In this document: piece after piece, positions 1 through 8,624 of the stretch
Position numbering within the stretch: position 1 is the stretch's first letter
Layout of the letters: each line of letters begins with the position of its first letter
Source: Patescibacteria group bacterium
GTDB taxonomy: Bacteria; Patescibacteriota; Patescibacteriia; UBA9934
Assembly (NCBI GenBank): GCA_049296775.1
Contig: JBAQTB010000003.1
Location: 12,766 to 76,765 of the forward strand
Length of the DNA stretch: 64,000 bases
Reading direction: 5' to 3'
Made by a program: the position numbers and the translations under genes
Notes under the pieces: generated by a model
The model's database searches: none
The model's input: only the letters and a program-made list of their open reading frames with translations
Told to the model about the DNA's origin: nothing

Positions 1-48
1 TTGTTGAACATACTTCTAAAGTCTAAAATCTTTCTTAATTATTGAGTA

Positions 49-1560
49 CTACCCTGTCGCTGGTCGGGGTTGGAAACCTTTGGGCGGCATACCTGGAGGT
101 AGGCCGATGTTGTTGGGGTTGGGTCCAGTTGAGCCTGGTGCTGGCAGGCTGCCGGACATAGCTGGAGCAGCGTGACTTGGAGTCGAGCTAGGTGGTTGAT
201 AGCGCGTATCCATGTTTTTGAAGGAGGCTCTAGCCGCATCCCAGTATAGCTTGACCATGCCGGTTGGGCCATTTCTATGTTTGGCAATATGGACTTCCGC
301 GCTATTTTTCTCTTCCGGAGTCAGTTCTTCTGCTTGGTAGTTACGGTCTGAAGCTTTGCGGTACAAGAACATGACTACGTCAGCGTCTTGCTCAATGGAT
401 CCAGAGTCACGCAGGTGGGCCAGGCGGGGAATAGCTGGTTTGGTGAGTTCTACGGCACGTGAAAGCTGAGCGAGGGCCAGGACAGGCACATGGAGCTCAC
501 GCGCAATTTGCTTTAAGCCACGACTGATTTCTGCCACTTCTTGAACGCGGTTGTCTGACTGGTTTTTAGCTTCCATGAGCTGCAAGTAGTCGATAACAAT
601 CATGGACAGGCCGTGTTCGCTCTGCAGACGCCGGGCTTTGGTACGGATACTCATGATGGTGGCGGCGGGGGAGTCGTCAATGAAGATTGGGGCTTCTGAG
701 AGCCGGCCGAGGGCGTCACCAATTCTTGGAAAATCGTCATCTTGTTCAGATAGTCGGCCGGTACGGAGCTTCCAGAGATCCACATTAGCTTCTGCACAGA
801 TCATGCGGTCGACTAGCTGCTCCTTGGACATTTCCAAGCTAAAGAAACCGACAGGCTTTTTAGTTTTCAGCGCGACGCTACGGATAATATCTAGCGCGAA
901 GGAAGTTTTACCCACAGACGGACGGGCGGCGAGAATCACTAGGTCAGAAGGCTGGAGGCCAGCGAGGAGGTTATCGACACCAGTAAAGCCGGTTGGAACG
1001 CCGCGTAACTTGCCCTTGTCTTTGTGGAGCTCATCAATTCTGTCAAAGGCGTCGGTCAGAATGGTGCTAAGTGGCACGAAACTTTGTTTGATGAAGTTGG
1101 TGGAAACGTTGAAGAGTTTTTGTTCAGCGGTATCGATGACAACGTCAACGTCTTGTGATTCATCAAAGCCGAGTTCAGTAATTTCTCCTGCAGCTCTAAG
1201 TAGGCGTCTGAGGGCGGCTTTTTTGGAGATGATTTCTGCGTAGTGAGAAACATGGGCGGAAGTGGTCACGGCGTTGGTCAACTCCACAAGCGCAGTGCGG
1301 CCACCAATCTGTTTCAAAACCCCTCGTTCTTCCAGCCGGTTGCCTAGGGTTAGAATATCGATAGGTTGATGACGTCCGAAAATCTCCACCATGGTCTCAA
1401 AGACAATGCGGTAAGAGTCGCGGTAGAAATCTTCCCCACGCACCGCATCACCAACTTTGAGCATGGCTTCCTGGTCAATCAAAAGCGCCCCAAGCAGGGA
1501 TTGCTCGGCTTCAAGATTATGCGGAGGAATGCGGGCACCAAGCGACATAGCTGCAGGCAT
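49..1560 (-). CDS. dnaB: Replicative DNA helicase DnaB with a roughly 55-aa Pro/Ser/Gly-rich C-terminal tail
   Basis: 503-aa ORF. N-terminal DnaB motif HNLEAEQSLLGALL, Walker A ARPSVGKTSFAL, RecA-like C-domain motifs IVIDYLQLM and HVPVLALAQLSR. The C-terminus QPPSSTPSHAAPAMSGSLPAPGSTGPNP... is low complexity. Confidence 0.93.
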   Translation of the reverse strand: MPAAMSLGARIPPHNLEAEQSLLGALLIDQEAMLKVGDAVRGEDFYRDSYRIVFETMVEIFGRHQPIDILTLGNRLEERGVLKQIGGRTALVELTNAVTTSAHVSHYAEIISKKAALRRLLRAAGEITELGFDESQDVDVVIDTAEQKLFNVSTNFIKQSFVPLSTILTDAFDRIDELHKDKGKLRGVPTGFTGVDNLLAGLQPSDLVILAARPSVGKTSFALDIIRSVALKTKKPVGFFSLEMSKEQLVDRMICAEANVDLWKLRTGRLSEQDDDFPRIGDALGRLSEAPIFIDDSPAATIMSIRTKARRLQSEHGLSMIVIDYLQLMEAKNQSDNRVQEVAEISRGLKQIARELHVPVLALAQLSRAVELTKPAIPRLAHLRDSGSIEQDADVVMFLYRKASDRNYQAEELTPEEKNSAEVHIAKHRNGPTGMVKLYWDAARASFKNMDTRYQPPSSTPSHAAPAMSGSLPAPGSTGPNPNNIGLPPGMPPKGFQPRPATG

Positions 1561-1621
1561 CTTAGCCCATGCGGACTAAGCGGTGAAGTGGACAGATTGT
1601 GCAAGAACGGTGGAGAAAACT

Positions 1622-2782
1622 ATGAGGTATAATGCTGGGGTTATGGAGGATAAATACAGATATATTTGGGATGGCGCCCGGCCACTCGTGGGAACGGTGG
1701 TGGGCGTGGGTATTTTTGGCTTGCCGTACGTGTTTTCTCAGGCCGGCTATGTGGTGGGGTTATTGGAGCTAGTGATTGTGGCGGCCATGAGTTTGTTGGT
1801 GTATTTGCTCTTCTCTGATTTGTTGGCGATCAACAAGCAGCATGTCCGGTTTGTGGCGGTGATCACTGAGCAGTTGGGGCCGGTGGGTCGGGTAGTGGCG
1901 AGTATCGGTTTTTTTGGGGCGTTATGGGGCGCAATGTTGGCATATGTGATTATCGGCGGCCAGTTTGCTGCTACGCTGATTCGACCTGTGATTGGAGGAT
2001 CGGTCTTTTACTATCAATTAGGTTTTTGGCTAGTATCTTCATTAGCGATGGTGGGCGGAACGTTATTTGTGAGGCGGTTGCAGGCTCTCATCATCCCCTT
2101 ATTTTTTATCATGGTGGTGGCTTTGACCTTGTTTGCCCTGCCGCATTTGCACTTAGAGTATTTGACCACCGTTAACCCTAATTTGGCTTTCTTGCCGATT
2201 GGAGCTTTGATCTTTGCGTTTAGTGGATTTTCTGCGATTCCGGAGTGTCGGGAGGCGCTTGGAAGGCGAACGTCTTTGATGGGTAGGTCGCTATTATTGG
2301 GAGCGATTTTCATTTTTGCACTTTACGCCTTGTTTACTTTTGCCGTGGTGGGGATGACGGGGCCATTTACGTCAGTGCAGGCGGGGGAGGGTTTGCGCTT
2401 TGCGGTAGGGCCGTGGTTATCGGCGTTTGTGGCGGTGATTGGCTTGTGTACGGTGTTCACGGCGTTTGTGACTGTGGGAACGAGTTTGACCAATTCTCTC
2501 ATTTACGATTTTAAGGGCCGTTTCTTATCTTCTTGGTGGTTGGCCGTGGCGATCCCTCTGTGTATCTTCATCTTTGGGGCTAGAGATTTTATTGGCGTGA
2601 TTGGGGCGACAGGCGGCATTTTAGGTGGTGTTAACGGCATCATTTTGTTGGTCGCTTATGAGAGGGCTAGGTTTGCAGGTAAATTACCAAAAAGAGCCCT
2701 AGCGATCTCGCAAGGACTCATTGCCATGGGCTTTATCTTGTTCGCGTTCATGATTATTCTGACGATCATTGAACTCATTTAA
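1622..2782 (+). CDS. Polytopic membrane transporter, amino-acid permease-like (aromatic amino acid / HAAAP-like family)
   Basis: About 11 predicted TM helices with G/A-rich segments (VGTVVGVGIFGLPYVF, GAIFIFALYALFTF). Start moved to the ATG at 1622, which has GGAGA 6 nt upstream; the ORF-track start is 1583 and 1643 is another possibility. Confidence 0.55.
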   Translation: MRYNAGVMEDKYRYIWDGARPLVGTVVGVGIFGLPYVFSQAGYVVGLLELVIVAAMSLLVYLLFSDLLAINKQHVRFVAVITEQLGPVGRVVASIGFFGALWGAMLAYVIIGGQFAATLIRPVIGGSVFYYQLGFWLVSSLAMVGGTLFVRRLQALIIPLFFIMVVALTLFALPHLHLEYLTTVNPNLAFLPIGALIFAFSGFSAIPECREALGRRTSLMGRSLLLGAIFIFALYALFTFAVVGMTGPFTSVQAGEGLRFAVGPWLSAFVAVIGLCTVFTAFVTVGTSLTNSLIYDFKGRFLSSWWLAVAIPLCIFIFGARDFIGVIGATGGILGGVNGIILLVAYERARFAGKLPKRALAISQGLIAMGFILFAFMIILTIIELI

Positions 2783-3617
2783 TACCTTCTCGATGTTGTG
2801 ACTCCATGGCTTTCATGACATTTGTGAGCAGGTAGGCCACTGTAAGTGGGCCTACGCCGCCAGGAACTTTACTGAGAAAGCCGACGTGACCTTCTAGCGC
2901 TGGGTCAGCATCACCCACGGTGCGGGTGCCGACTTTGTTGGTGCCGACGTCTATTACGATAGCAGCTTCTTGAACCATGTCCGGTTTGAGGAAACCTGCT
3001 TCTCCTAGAGCGACGATGATGATGTCTGAGCCTCTGGTGACGGCGGATAGGGCTGGTGTGTTACGTGTGACCAAGGTGGCGGTGACTCCAGCTTCTCGTA
3101 ATAACTCAATAATCGGTTCGGCAAACACGGCGCTGTTTCCTAGGACGACGGCGCTGCGGTTAGTGAGTGGCCGGCGTGTGGCTTGGATTAAGCGCATGAC
3201 GGCTAGCGCTACCGGTGGGACTAGGACAGGAGCATTAGCTAATAACGAACGGCGATTTTCTGGATGAAAACCGTCCACGTCTTTTGAGGGGTGAATAGCG
3301 CCAATAACTGCTTCAACGTCTTGATCGACTAAAGGCAGCTGCACCAAGATGCCGTGAATGTCTGGCCGGGCATTTAAGTCTGAGATTTTTTGTATGAGTT
3401 CTTGGGTGGTTGCGTCTTTAGGGTAAGTGAATTTTTCCACATAAATACCCACGTCTTTGGCAGCCTCCTCTTTAAGTCTGACGTATAAAGCTGAGGCGGG
3501 ATGATCGCCAACTAAAATGACTGCCAAGCCTGGTGGGTGCTTGAGCTTAGCGATACGAGTTTTGGCCTTGCGTTTGATGTTATTAGCTAACACGGCCCCG
3601 TTTAAAATTTCCGTCAT
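2775..3617 (-). CDS. folD: Bifunctional methylenetetrahydrofolate dehydrogenase / methenyl-THF cyclohydrolase
   Basis: Full-length similarity to FolD (ILVGDHPASALYVRLK, DVDGFHP, PGGVGPLTVAYL). Start taken at MTEILNG (3617) rather than the ORF-track 3656. Confidence 0.9.
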   Translation of the reverse strand: MTEILNGAVLANNIKRKAKTRIAKLKHPPGLAVILVGDHPASALYVRLKEEAAKDVGIYVEKFTYPKDATTQELIQKISDLNARPDIHGILVQLPLVDQDVEAVIGAIHPSKDVDGFHPENRRSLLANAPVLVPPVALAVMRLIQATRRPLTNRSAVVLGNSAVFAEPIIELLREAGVTATLVTRNTPALSAVTRGSDIIIVALGEAGFLKPDMVQEAAIVIDVGTNKVGTRTVGDADPALEGHVGFLSKVPGGVGPLTVAYLLTNVMKAMESQHREGIK

Positions 3618-3718
3618 AATTGTAAGAAGTATAGCCTTAATTTGGTAATTAGACAACTTCTGAAATAGAAAAGCTCCAGTGCGCAGTGGCGCCTGGAGCT
3701 GAGGTTCTGCTGTACAAG

Positions 3719-4453
3719 CTAGAGCGAGTACCGCGTGTTGGGATTGGGGACGATGATGTTGCCCCTAAAGCCAGATGACAGGCAATTGCCCATGACTTGC
3801 GTTTGGGTGTCAGTTCCGGGCAAGTGCGTGAGCACTAGAGTTTTTACACCTGCCCGTTGCGCGATATTGCCGGCCTGTGCTGGTGAGAGTGCGCCAGAGA
3901 GCTTACCAGCTTCGCGGTCGCTGATTCGTGTTGGTACTTCGCAGATCAACGTTTGGGCATTGAGCGCGATGGGTATGAGCTTGTAGGGCTTGAAGCGTCC
4001 ACAATTGCCGATGTAGACAATTTTTTTGCCGGCTGTGGTGATTGCGTACGCGAGTACGTCGCGGATACCGAATTTGGGGTACAGTGCTTGGCTACTTAAA
4101 ATGGCATTTTCTGCCAATGGCACAGCGCTGTCCTTGGCTGACATGTTGGTGACATTGATGCCATCCAAATGGATCTTGTCCAGTGCTGCGGCCAGGTGCC
4201 TGGGGCCGAAGACTTGCAGGACGTTGCCGTTTTGACCTGAGTCGTCGGGCATCCGTTTTGGCAAGGACTGCAGTTTCTTGATGAAGCTGTCGCGCTTTGA
4301 CTGACAGTCATCGACGACGGCGATGTGTGAATACGGCGTCATCGGATCACCGAACATTAGGCACGAGCTATTTCTTTGTCCCCAGTACACTACGACGCGC
4401 GGATGTGCTTTGCGGCCGTTAGCGTGGACAGGGTATACAACCTCGACCTTCAT
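3719..4453 (-). CDS. Metallo-beta-lactamase-fold hydrolase
   Basis: MBL-fold-like His/Asp pattern and LVLTHL segment. Start taken at MKVEVVY (4453). Exact family not resolved. Confidence 0.5.
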   Translation of the reverse strand: MKVEVVYPVHANGRKAHPRVVVYWGQRNSSCLMFGDPMTPYSHIAVVDDCQSKRDSFIKKLQSLPKRMPDDSGQNGNVLQVFGPRHLAAALDKIHLDGINVTNMSAKDSAVPLAENAILSSQALYPKFGIRDVLAYAITTAGKKIVYIGNCGRFKPYKLIPIALNAQTLICEVPTRISDREAGKLSGALSPAQAGNIAQRAGVKTLVLTHLPGTDTQTQVMGNCLSSGFRGNIIVPNPNTRYSL

Positions 4454-4614
4454 GTTTACTCCCCCAAGGTAATTGTCTCGACACAGTGTCGTGACCGGGA
4501 AGTGTAGTCGTTGTTGGCTCAAAAGTCAAGCTGTTTATAGACGATTTTTCAGCCAAATTTAGCCGTGCTACAATCATAAATAACTCCCCAGCTTTAATTC
4601 GTAATAGTGCAATT

Positions 4615-4869
4615 ATGCTAAATAAGCAGGATATTGCCCTCTTGAAGGGGATGTTAGAAATTCAAAAGAAAGACATTATCTTAGATGTGAGGGACGAAAT
4701 TCATTCTTGTATTTCAGCTTCTGAGGCCAGAATGATGGCTAAGATGCATGACATGAAGATTGATATCATCCACGATGTCGCGGAGCTAATCGACGGCTCG
4801 ATCTTGCCGCAAACTTCAGACTTAGACCGCCGTGTGTCTAGGTTAGAACGATACGTGAAGATCGCTTAG
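4615..4869 (+). CDS. Small coiled-coil protein, copy 1 of a tandem paralogous family
   Basis: 84 aa; conserved N-terminus MLxKxDIxLLKGMxExQKKDIILDVRDE and SILPQ motif; C-terminus TSDLDRRVSRLERYVKIA. Confidence 0.7.
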   Translation: MLNKQDIALLKGMLEIQKKDIILDVRDEIHSCISASEARMMAKMHDMKIDIIHDVAELIDGSILPQTSDLDRRVSRLERYVKIA

Positions 4870-4886
4870 TTTTTAGTTGATTAAAT

Positions 4887-5162
4887 ATGTTAACTAAAAC
4901 AGACATCAGTCTCTTGAAGGGAATGTTCGAGACTCAGAAGAAAGATATTATCTTAGACATGCGGGACGAGACACGTTCGGTGATTAACGCCGCCATCACA
5001 GCTTCAGAGCAACGCATGACTAATAAGTTGGATAAATTGGAACAGAAGATAGACCGAGTCGCTTCAGACGCAGCTGAACTCATCGGTGACTCTATCTTGC
5101 CACAAATCGACGAGCTTCGGAGAGCAGATGCTCGAATCAAGAAATTTGTGGGAATGGTCTAG
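4887..5162 (+). CDS. Small coiled-coil protein, copy 2 of the tandem paralogous family
   Basis: 91 aa; same N-terminal consensus, SILPQ motif, alternative C-terminus ...ARIKKFVGMV. Conserved leader gattaaatATGttaactaaaa shared with copy 3. Confidence 0.7.
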   Translation: MLTKTDISLLKGMFETQKKDIILDMRDETRSVINAAITASEQRMTNKLDKLEQKIDRVASDAAELIGDSILPQIDELRRADARIKKFVGMV

Positions 5163-5242
5163 ACGTAACTCGACTCCTGTCGCAAACCTCTGACCTGGAT
5201 CATCGCTTGTCTAGACTAGAACACCACGTTAAGCTCGCCTAA
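5162..5242 (+). pseudogene. Relic of a fourth paralog (C-terminal 23 codons only)
   Basis: Codons 5174..5242 translate to LLSQTSDLDHRLSRLEHHVKLA*, homologous to the copy-1 C-terminus ILPQTSDLDRRVSRLERYVKIA*. No start codon; out of frame relative to copy 2. Confidence 0.6.
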
Positions 5243-5261
5243 GTCTTCTTAGTGATTAAAT

Positions 5262-5516
5262 ATGTTAACTAAAATAGACCTGACCCTTTTGAAGGGCATG
5301 TTCAAGACTTACACGGAAGACGTTGTCTCGATGGTTCGTGATGAAACTCGATCGTTAATTGCCGCTTCGGAACAACGTATAACTGCTAAATTAGAAAACA
5401 AAATCGACCAACTCCGTTCTGATGTTATTGACCTGACGAATAACTCAATTCTGCCTCAGATTCACGAACTTCAGGAGGACAACTTACGTATCAAAAAATT
5501 CGTGCGGATGGTTTAG
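5262..5516 (+). CDS. Small coiled-coil protein, copy 3 of the tandem paralogous family
   Basis: 84 aa; MLTKIDLTLLKGMFKT..., SILPQIHELQEDNLRIKKFVRMV. Confidence 0.7.
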   Translation: MLTKIDLTLLKGMFKTYTEDVVSMVRDETRSLIAASEQRITAKLENKIDQLRSDVIDLTNNSILPQIHELQEDNLRIKKFVRMV

Positions 5517-5574
5517 TTGACCTTGTCGAGTATCGGCTCGGGATCATGCTATCCAACATACGTTAAAGCTTGAT

Positions 5575-6396
5575 TTAAGCAGTTATGCGCCGAATAGGGG
5601 TGTGGACGGTTTTGCGGTCGAAATAGTTAGGTTCCGGTGGACTACAAAAGAATACTATCGCCCAACGTGAGGCGGTATCGTTATAGATACTGTTCCCTCG
5701 TTGAAGTACGTCGTGCCATGTTGGCATTAGTTCATTATCAGTGTGTAGTCCTAGTGAAATGCCCGGAAAGAACAGGCCTTGACCTTTTGTATGTGTAACT
5801 TCTGTGAGGTGTTGATCGTCTGGGCCTAGACGTAGTCCTGGCGCGCTTTCTGCAATGGCGATGGTGCAGCTACCACGATCGTAATGTCCTTTAGCTAGGA
5901 AATCACCAGCACGAGTTCGATCATATTTAAGTAAACGAATCACGTATGCATCATTACCGTCAGCGGGGAAGAATTTAGTGTATAAACCGGGGTAGTCGAC
6001 TTCTAATGAATGTATTATTTCTCGCATTGCGCTCAAGGTTTTATTTAGAATTGGATCCAGACTTCGTGTAAGGGCTTGAGCGGCAGGGATTTGGGCTATC
6101 AGTGGAGCAAATAGGATTTTTGCTTGATTGTTATAGTGAAAGAACTCTTTATTGTCATATCCAAAGCCAGCATCAACACTACGACGTCGCCAGCCAAGAT
6201 CTACACCGCGATCACGTTCATCTTGTTTTATATCGATTACAAACTTAGCCTTATCTGTCTCTGGGAGAGCTAAAAAAGTAAAGAAATTTTTTACCGCTAG
6301 AGCGATTTGTTCAGAATGAATTTCAAGCGGAAACTCGAAATAAGATTGTTTTTGAATAGTGGCTTTTAAGTTGGTTATATTGTATTTAGACGCCAT
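5575..6396 (-). CDS. Fe(II)/2-oxoglutarate-dependent oxygenase (isopenicillin-N-synthase-like fold)
   Basis: 2OG-FeII_Oxy-type motifs: [20 protein letters not shown] (HxD), PGLRLG, TWHDVLQ...[10 protein letters not shown] (distal His plus RxS). The start overlaps the glyA stop by 11 nt. Confidence 0.6.
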   Translation of the reverse strand: MASKYNITNLKATIQKQSYFEFPLEIHSEQIALAVKNFFTFLALPETDKAKFVIDIKQDERDRGVDLGWRRRSVDAGFGYDNKEFFHYNNQAKILFAPLIAQIPAAQALTRSLDPILNKTLSAMREIIHSLEVDYPGLYTKFFPADGNDAYVIRLLKYDRTRAGDFLAKGHYDRGSCTIAIAESAPGLRLGPDDQHLTEVTHTKGQGLFFPGISLGLHTDNELMPTWHDVLQRGNSIYNDTASRWAIVFFCSPPEPNYFDRKTVHTPIRRITA

Positions 6397-7639
6397 AGTT
6401 TAATTCCGGATATAGCGGAAAGGCTTGCATGAAGACGGCGACTTCGGCTTTGATGGATGCGAGTTTGGTGGGATCTTTTTTGTGAGTGATAGCTTCGTCG
6501 ATCCAGGCGGCGACTTTGATGATGTCGGCTTCTTTTAAGCCGCGAGTTGTGATTGCTGGAGTACCTAAACGGATGCCGGATGGGTCCATAGGCGGGCGAG
6601 GATCGTCCGGGATCATATTTTTATTACAGGTAATTCCAGCTGCGTCTAGGGCCTGTTGAGCTTCGCCGCCAGTTGCGTTTTTACTGGTGACGTCGATGAG
6701 CATTAGATGGTTTTCGGTGCCACCGAACATTAGTTTGTAGCCTTTAGCGGTAAGCTCGCTCGCCAGTACCTGAGCATTGGCCTTAATTTGTTTGGCGTAC
6801 GCTTTGAATTCAGGTTTAAGCGCTTCTCCAAAAGCTACCGCCTTAGCGGCAATGGTATGCATGTGGGGGCCGCCTTGCAACATCGGAAACACGGCTTTAT
6901 CGATCTGCTTGGCTAGGGCAGCCTTACACATAATCATGCCGCCACGTGGTCCGCGTAGAGTTTTGTGCGTGGTGGTAGTCACAACATCGAACAAGGGCAC
7001 GGGGTTATTCATTTCACCTCCAGCAATCAAACCGGCGATATGAGCAATGTCAGCCATGGAGTAGGCGCCAACGCTGTCCGCGATTTGTTTGACACGAGCG
7101 TAGTCGATTTCTCTGGAGTAAGCCGAATAACCCACGAGAATCAATTTTGGTTTGTGTTCTTTGGCGGTAGCCTCGAGTGCGTCGTAGTCAATGCGGCCAT
7201 CCGCGGTGGTCTTGTAACGCAAGAAATTGTAGCGCTTGGCTGAATCGGTGACGGGGTGGCCGTGGGTTAAATGACCACCGTGGGATAAGTCCATCCCGAG
7301 CACAGTATCGCCAGGGGCAAGTAATGCTGCATAAACAGCAATGTTCGCCGGTGCTCCGGAGTGGGGCTGCACGTTGACGTGCTCAGCACCAAACAATAAT
7401 TTTGCCCGTTCAATGGCTAAAGTTTCCAATTTATCGACCTCTTCACAGCCACCATAGTAGCGTTTGCCGGGGTAGCCTTCTGCGTATTTATTGGTGGCAA
7501 CTGAGCCAAGTGCTTCTAAGACCGCTTGGGAAACAAAGTTTTCTGAAGGAATTAACTCTAGACCACCACGTTCGCGAGCTAGTTCTAGGTCTAAGGCCTC
7601 GGCGATTTCTGGATCCTGATCTTTAAGCGTTTTAAACAT
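6386..7639 (-). CDS. glyA: Serine hydroxymethyltransferase
   Basis: Near full-length SHMT similarity ([21 protein letters not shown], the PLP-lysine region [14 protein letters not shown]). Confidence 0.95.
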   Translation of the reverse strand: MFKTLKDQDPEIAEALDLELARERGGLELIPSENFVSQAVLEALGSVATNKYAEGYPGKRYYGGCEEVDKLETLAIERAKLLFGAEHVNVQPHSGAPANIAVYAALLAPGDTVLGMDLSHGGHLTHGHPVTDSAKRYNFLRYKTTADGRIDYDALEATAKEHKPKLILVGYSAYSREIDYARVKQIADSVGAYSMADIAHIAGLIAGGEMNNPVPLFDVVTTTTHKTLRGPRGGMIMCKAALAKQIDKAVFPMLQGGPHMHTIAAKAVAFGEALKPEFKAYAKQIKANAQVLASELTAKGYKLMFGGTENHLMLIDVTSKNATGGEAQQALDAAGITCNKNMIPDDPRPPMDPSGIRLGTPAITTRGLKEADIIKVAAWIDEAITHKKDPTKLASIKAEVAVFMQAFPLYPELNYGV

Positions 7640-7739
7640 AAACTAAGCAAACAAGAATAAGCGCCGGTCAAGAAGTTTAGGATTAAGTCATATTTAGCTT
7701 TGGACAAAGTGTAATCGAAAAAAAGACGCCCGTCACCTT

Positions 7740-8234
7740 TTACAGGTTACGGGCGATGACGGCCACTTGCTCTTGAAGGCGTGGCACGAAGTTTTTGACG
7801 GTCATGCCGTCCCTCAGGGCGGCCACGATCAGCGTCCGGCTGAGCTCGTTTTGTTGAGCTTTGGCAGCTGCCTCGGTGCTGAAGCCACATAGGACACTGA
7901 ACCAGCCGGTAGCGGCGATTCTAAACTTCTCGCCCTCAGTTACCACTTGGTTTTTGTCGATCAAGCGGTGTTTGGAGCCATTCGTATACACGATTTCCTT
8001 AACTATGTAATACGTCGAGGTTTCCGGCAGAGGATCGGCGCTAGCTGCTGGATCTTCTTTGATATATGCATGGACGTGAACCGCTAGTTCGTGTCCACTG
8101 GCTTGATTAGGTCGGTGCCCGATGATAACCACCGTATTTTCTGCGGGGTGTCGATACGCGTTACCGTGCATGACTTGCACCGTGTAGATCTTTCCCTTGT
8201 TGTGCGTCGGCACGCAACACATCACGATATACAT
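7740..8234 (-). CDS. Hypothetical His-rich protein, first gene of the glyA operon
   Basis: 164-aa ORF with VVIIGHRPNQASGHELAVHVHAYI. No family recognised. Confidence 0.4.
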   Translation of the reverse strand: MYIVMCCVPTHNKGKIYTVQVMHGNAYRHPAENTVVIIGHRPNQASGHELAVHVHAYIKEDPAASADPLPETSTYYIVKEIVYTNGSKHRLIDKNQVVTEGEKFRIAATGWFSVLCGFSTEAAAKAQQNELSRTLIVAALRDGMTVKNFVPRLQEQVAVIARNL

Positions 8235-8280
8235 TGGAGTCTCCTGAGGTGAAAGCTTCTATGCTTTACCAGATTATGCT

Positions 8281-8315
8281 AATTAACACAAAACCCCACC
8301 GTGAGGTGAGGGTTT
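8281..8315 (-). terminator. Intrinsic terminator / attenuator hairpin (minus strand)
   Basis: The minus-strand RNA reads CCCUCACC-UCAC-GGUGGGG followed by UUUUGUGUUAAUU. It lies about 50 nt upstream of the 7740..8234 start. Confidence 0.5.
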
Positions 8316-8525
8316 GTGTGAAGCAGCAAAGAAGTCTTTGCTGCGAGAGCTCCGGCCGTGTGGCCAGAGCTAGCAGGCTCGCTCGTCGTGGATGTCGTGC
8401 TCGGTCCTTCGACCGGAATGGTCGACGGGGCCGAGCAAGTGCTCGGGAACACGGTCGAACGGCCCGGGGTGGCCCGGGCGCGACGACGTTGACTGGGTCG
8501 GTTCCTGTTTTTCTGACTCTTTTGA
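8316..8525 (-). ncRNA. GC-rich structured island: candidate cis-regulatory leader (riboswitch-like) or small ncRNA ending at the 8281..8315 terminator
   Basis: About 68% GC over roughly 200 nt in a roughly 50% GC genome. Multiple perfect stems, for example gcagcaaaga/tctttgctgc and gcccggg/cccgggc. Sits in the divergent 390-nt gap between 7740..8234 (-) and murB (+). Confidence 0.3.
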
Positions 8526-8624
8526 TTGGGGCGTCACGTTGCCTCCTATGGCGTGTGAGTTGCGGCTAGAGTATAGCAGAAAAATTGAATTTGTCAAGGT
8601 TTTCATGTATACTTTGAGGTATCT

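Noticed and set aside
602-1243. 213-aa ORF antisense to dnaB
   Set aside because: It lies entirely inside the well-supported dnaB coding region on the opposite strand. Its composition is serine/arginine-rich, typical of antisense translation. No RBS.
4523-5575. RiPP precursor-peptide cluster interpretation of the triplicated small proteins
   Set aside because: The proteins are helical, charged and Cys/Ser/Thr-poor, without an obvious leader/core boundary. Kept only as a weak hypothesis in the finding, not as a call.
8281-8530. Assignment of the GC-rich island to ZTP (pfl), glycine, THF, TPP riboswitch or RNase P / SRP / tmRNA
   Set aside because: I looked for the hallmark strings (GGGUCGUGACUGGCG-like, GGAAAGUCCGGGC, GGUGCUGUUUACC / GGAAGCAGC, tag-peptide ORF, T-arm GGUUCGA) on both strands and found none convincingly. 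It is left as an unclassified candidate.
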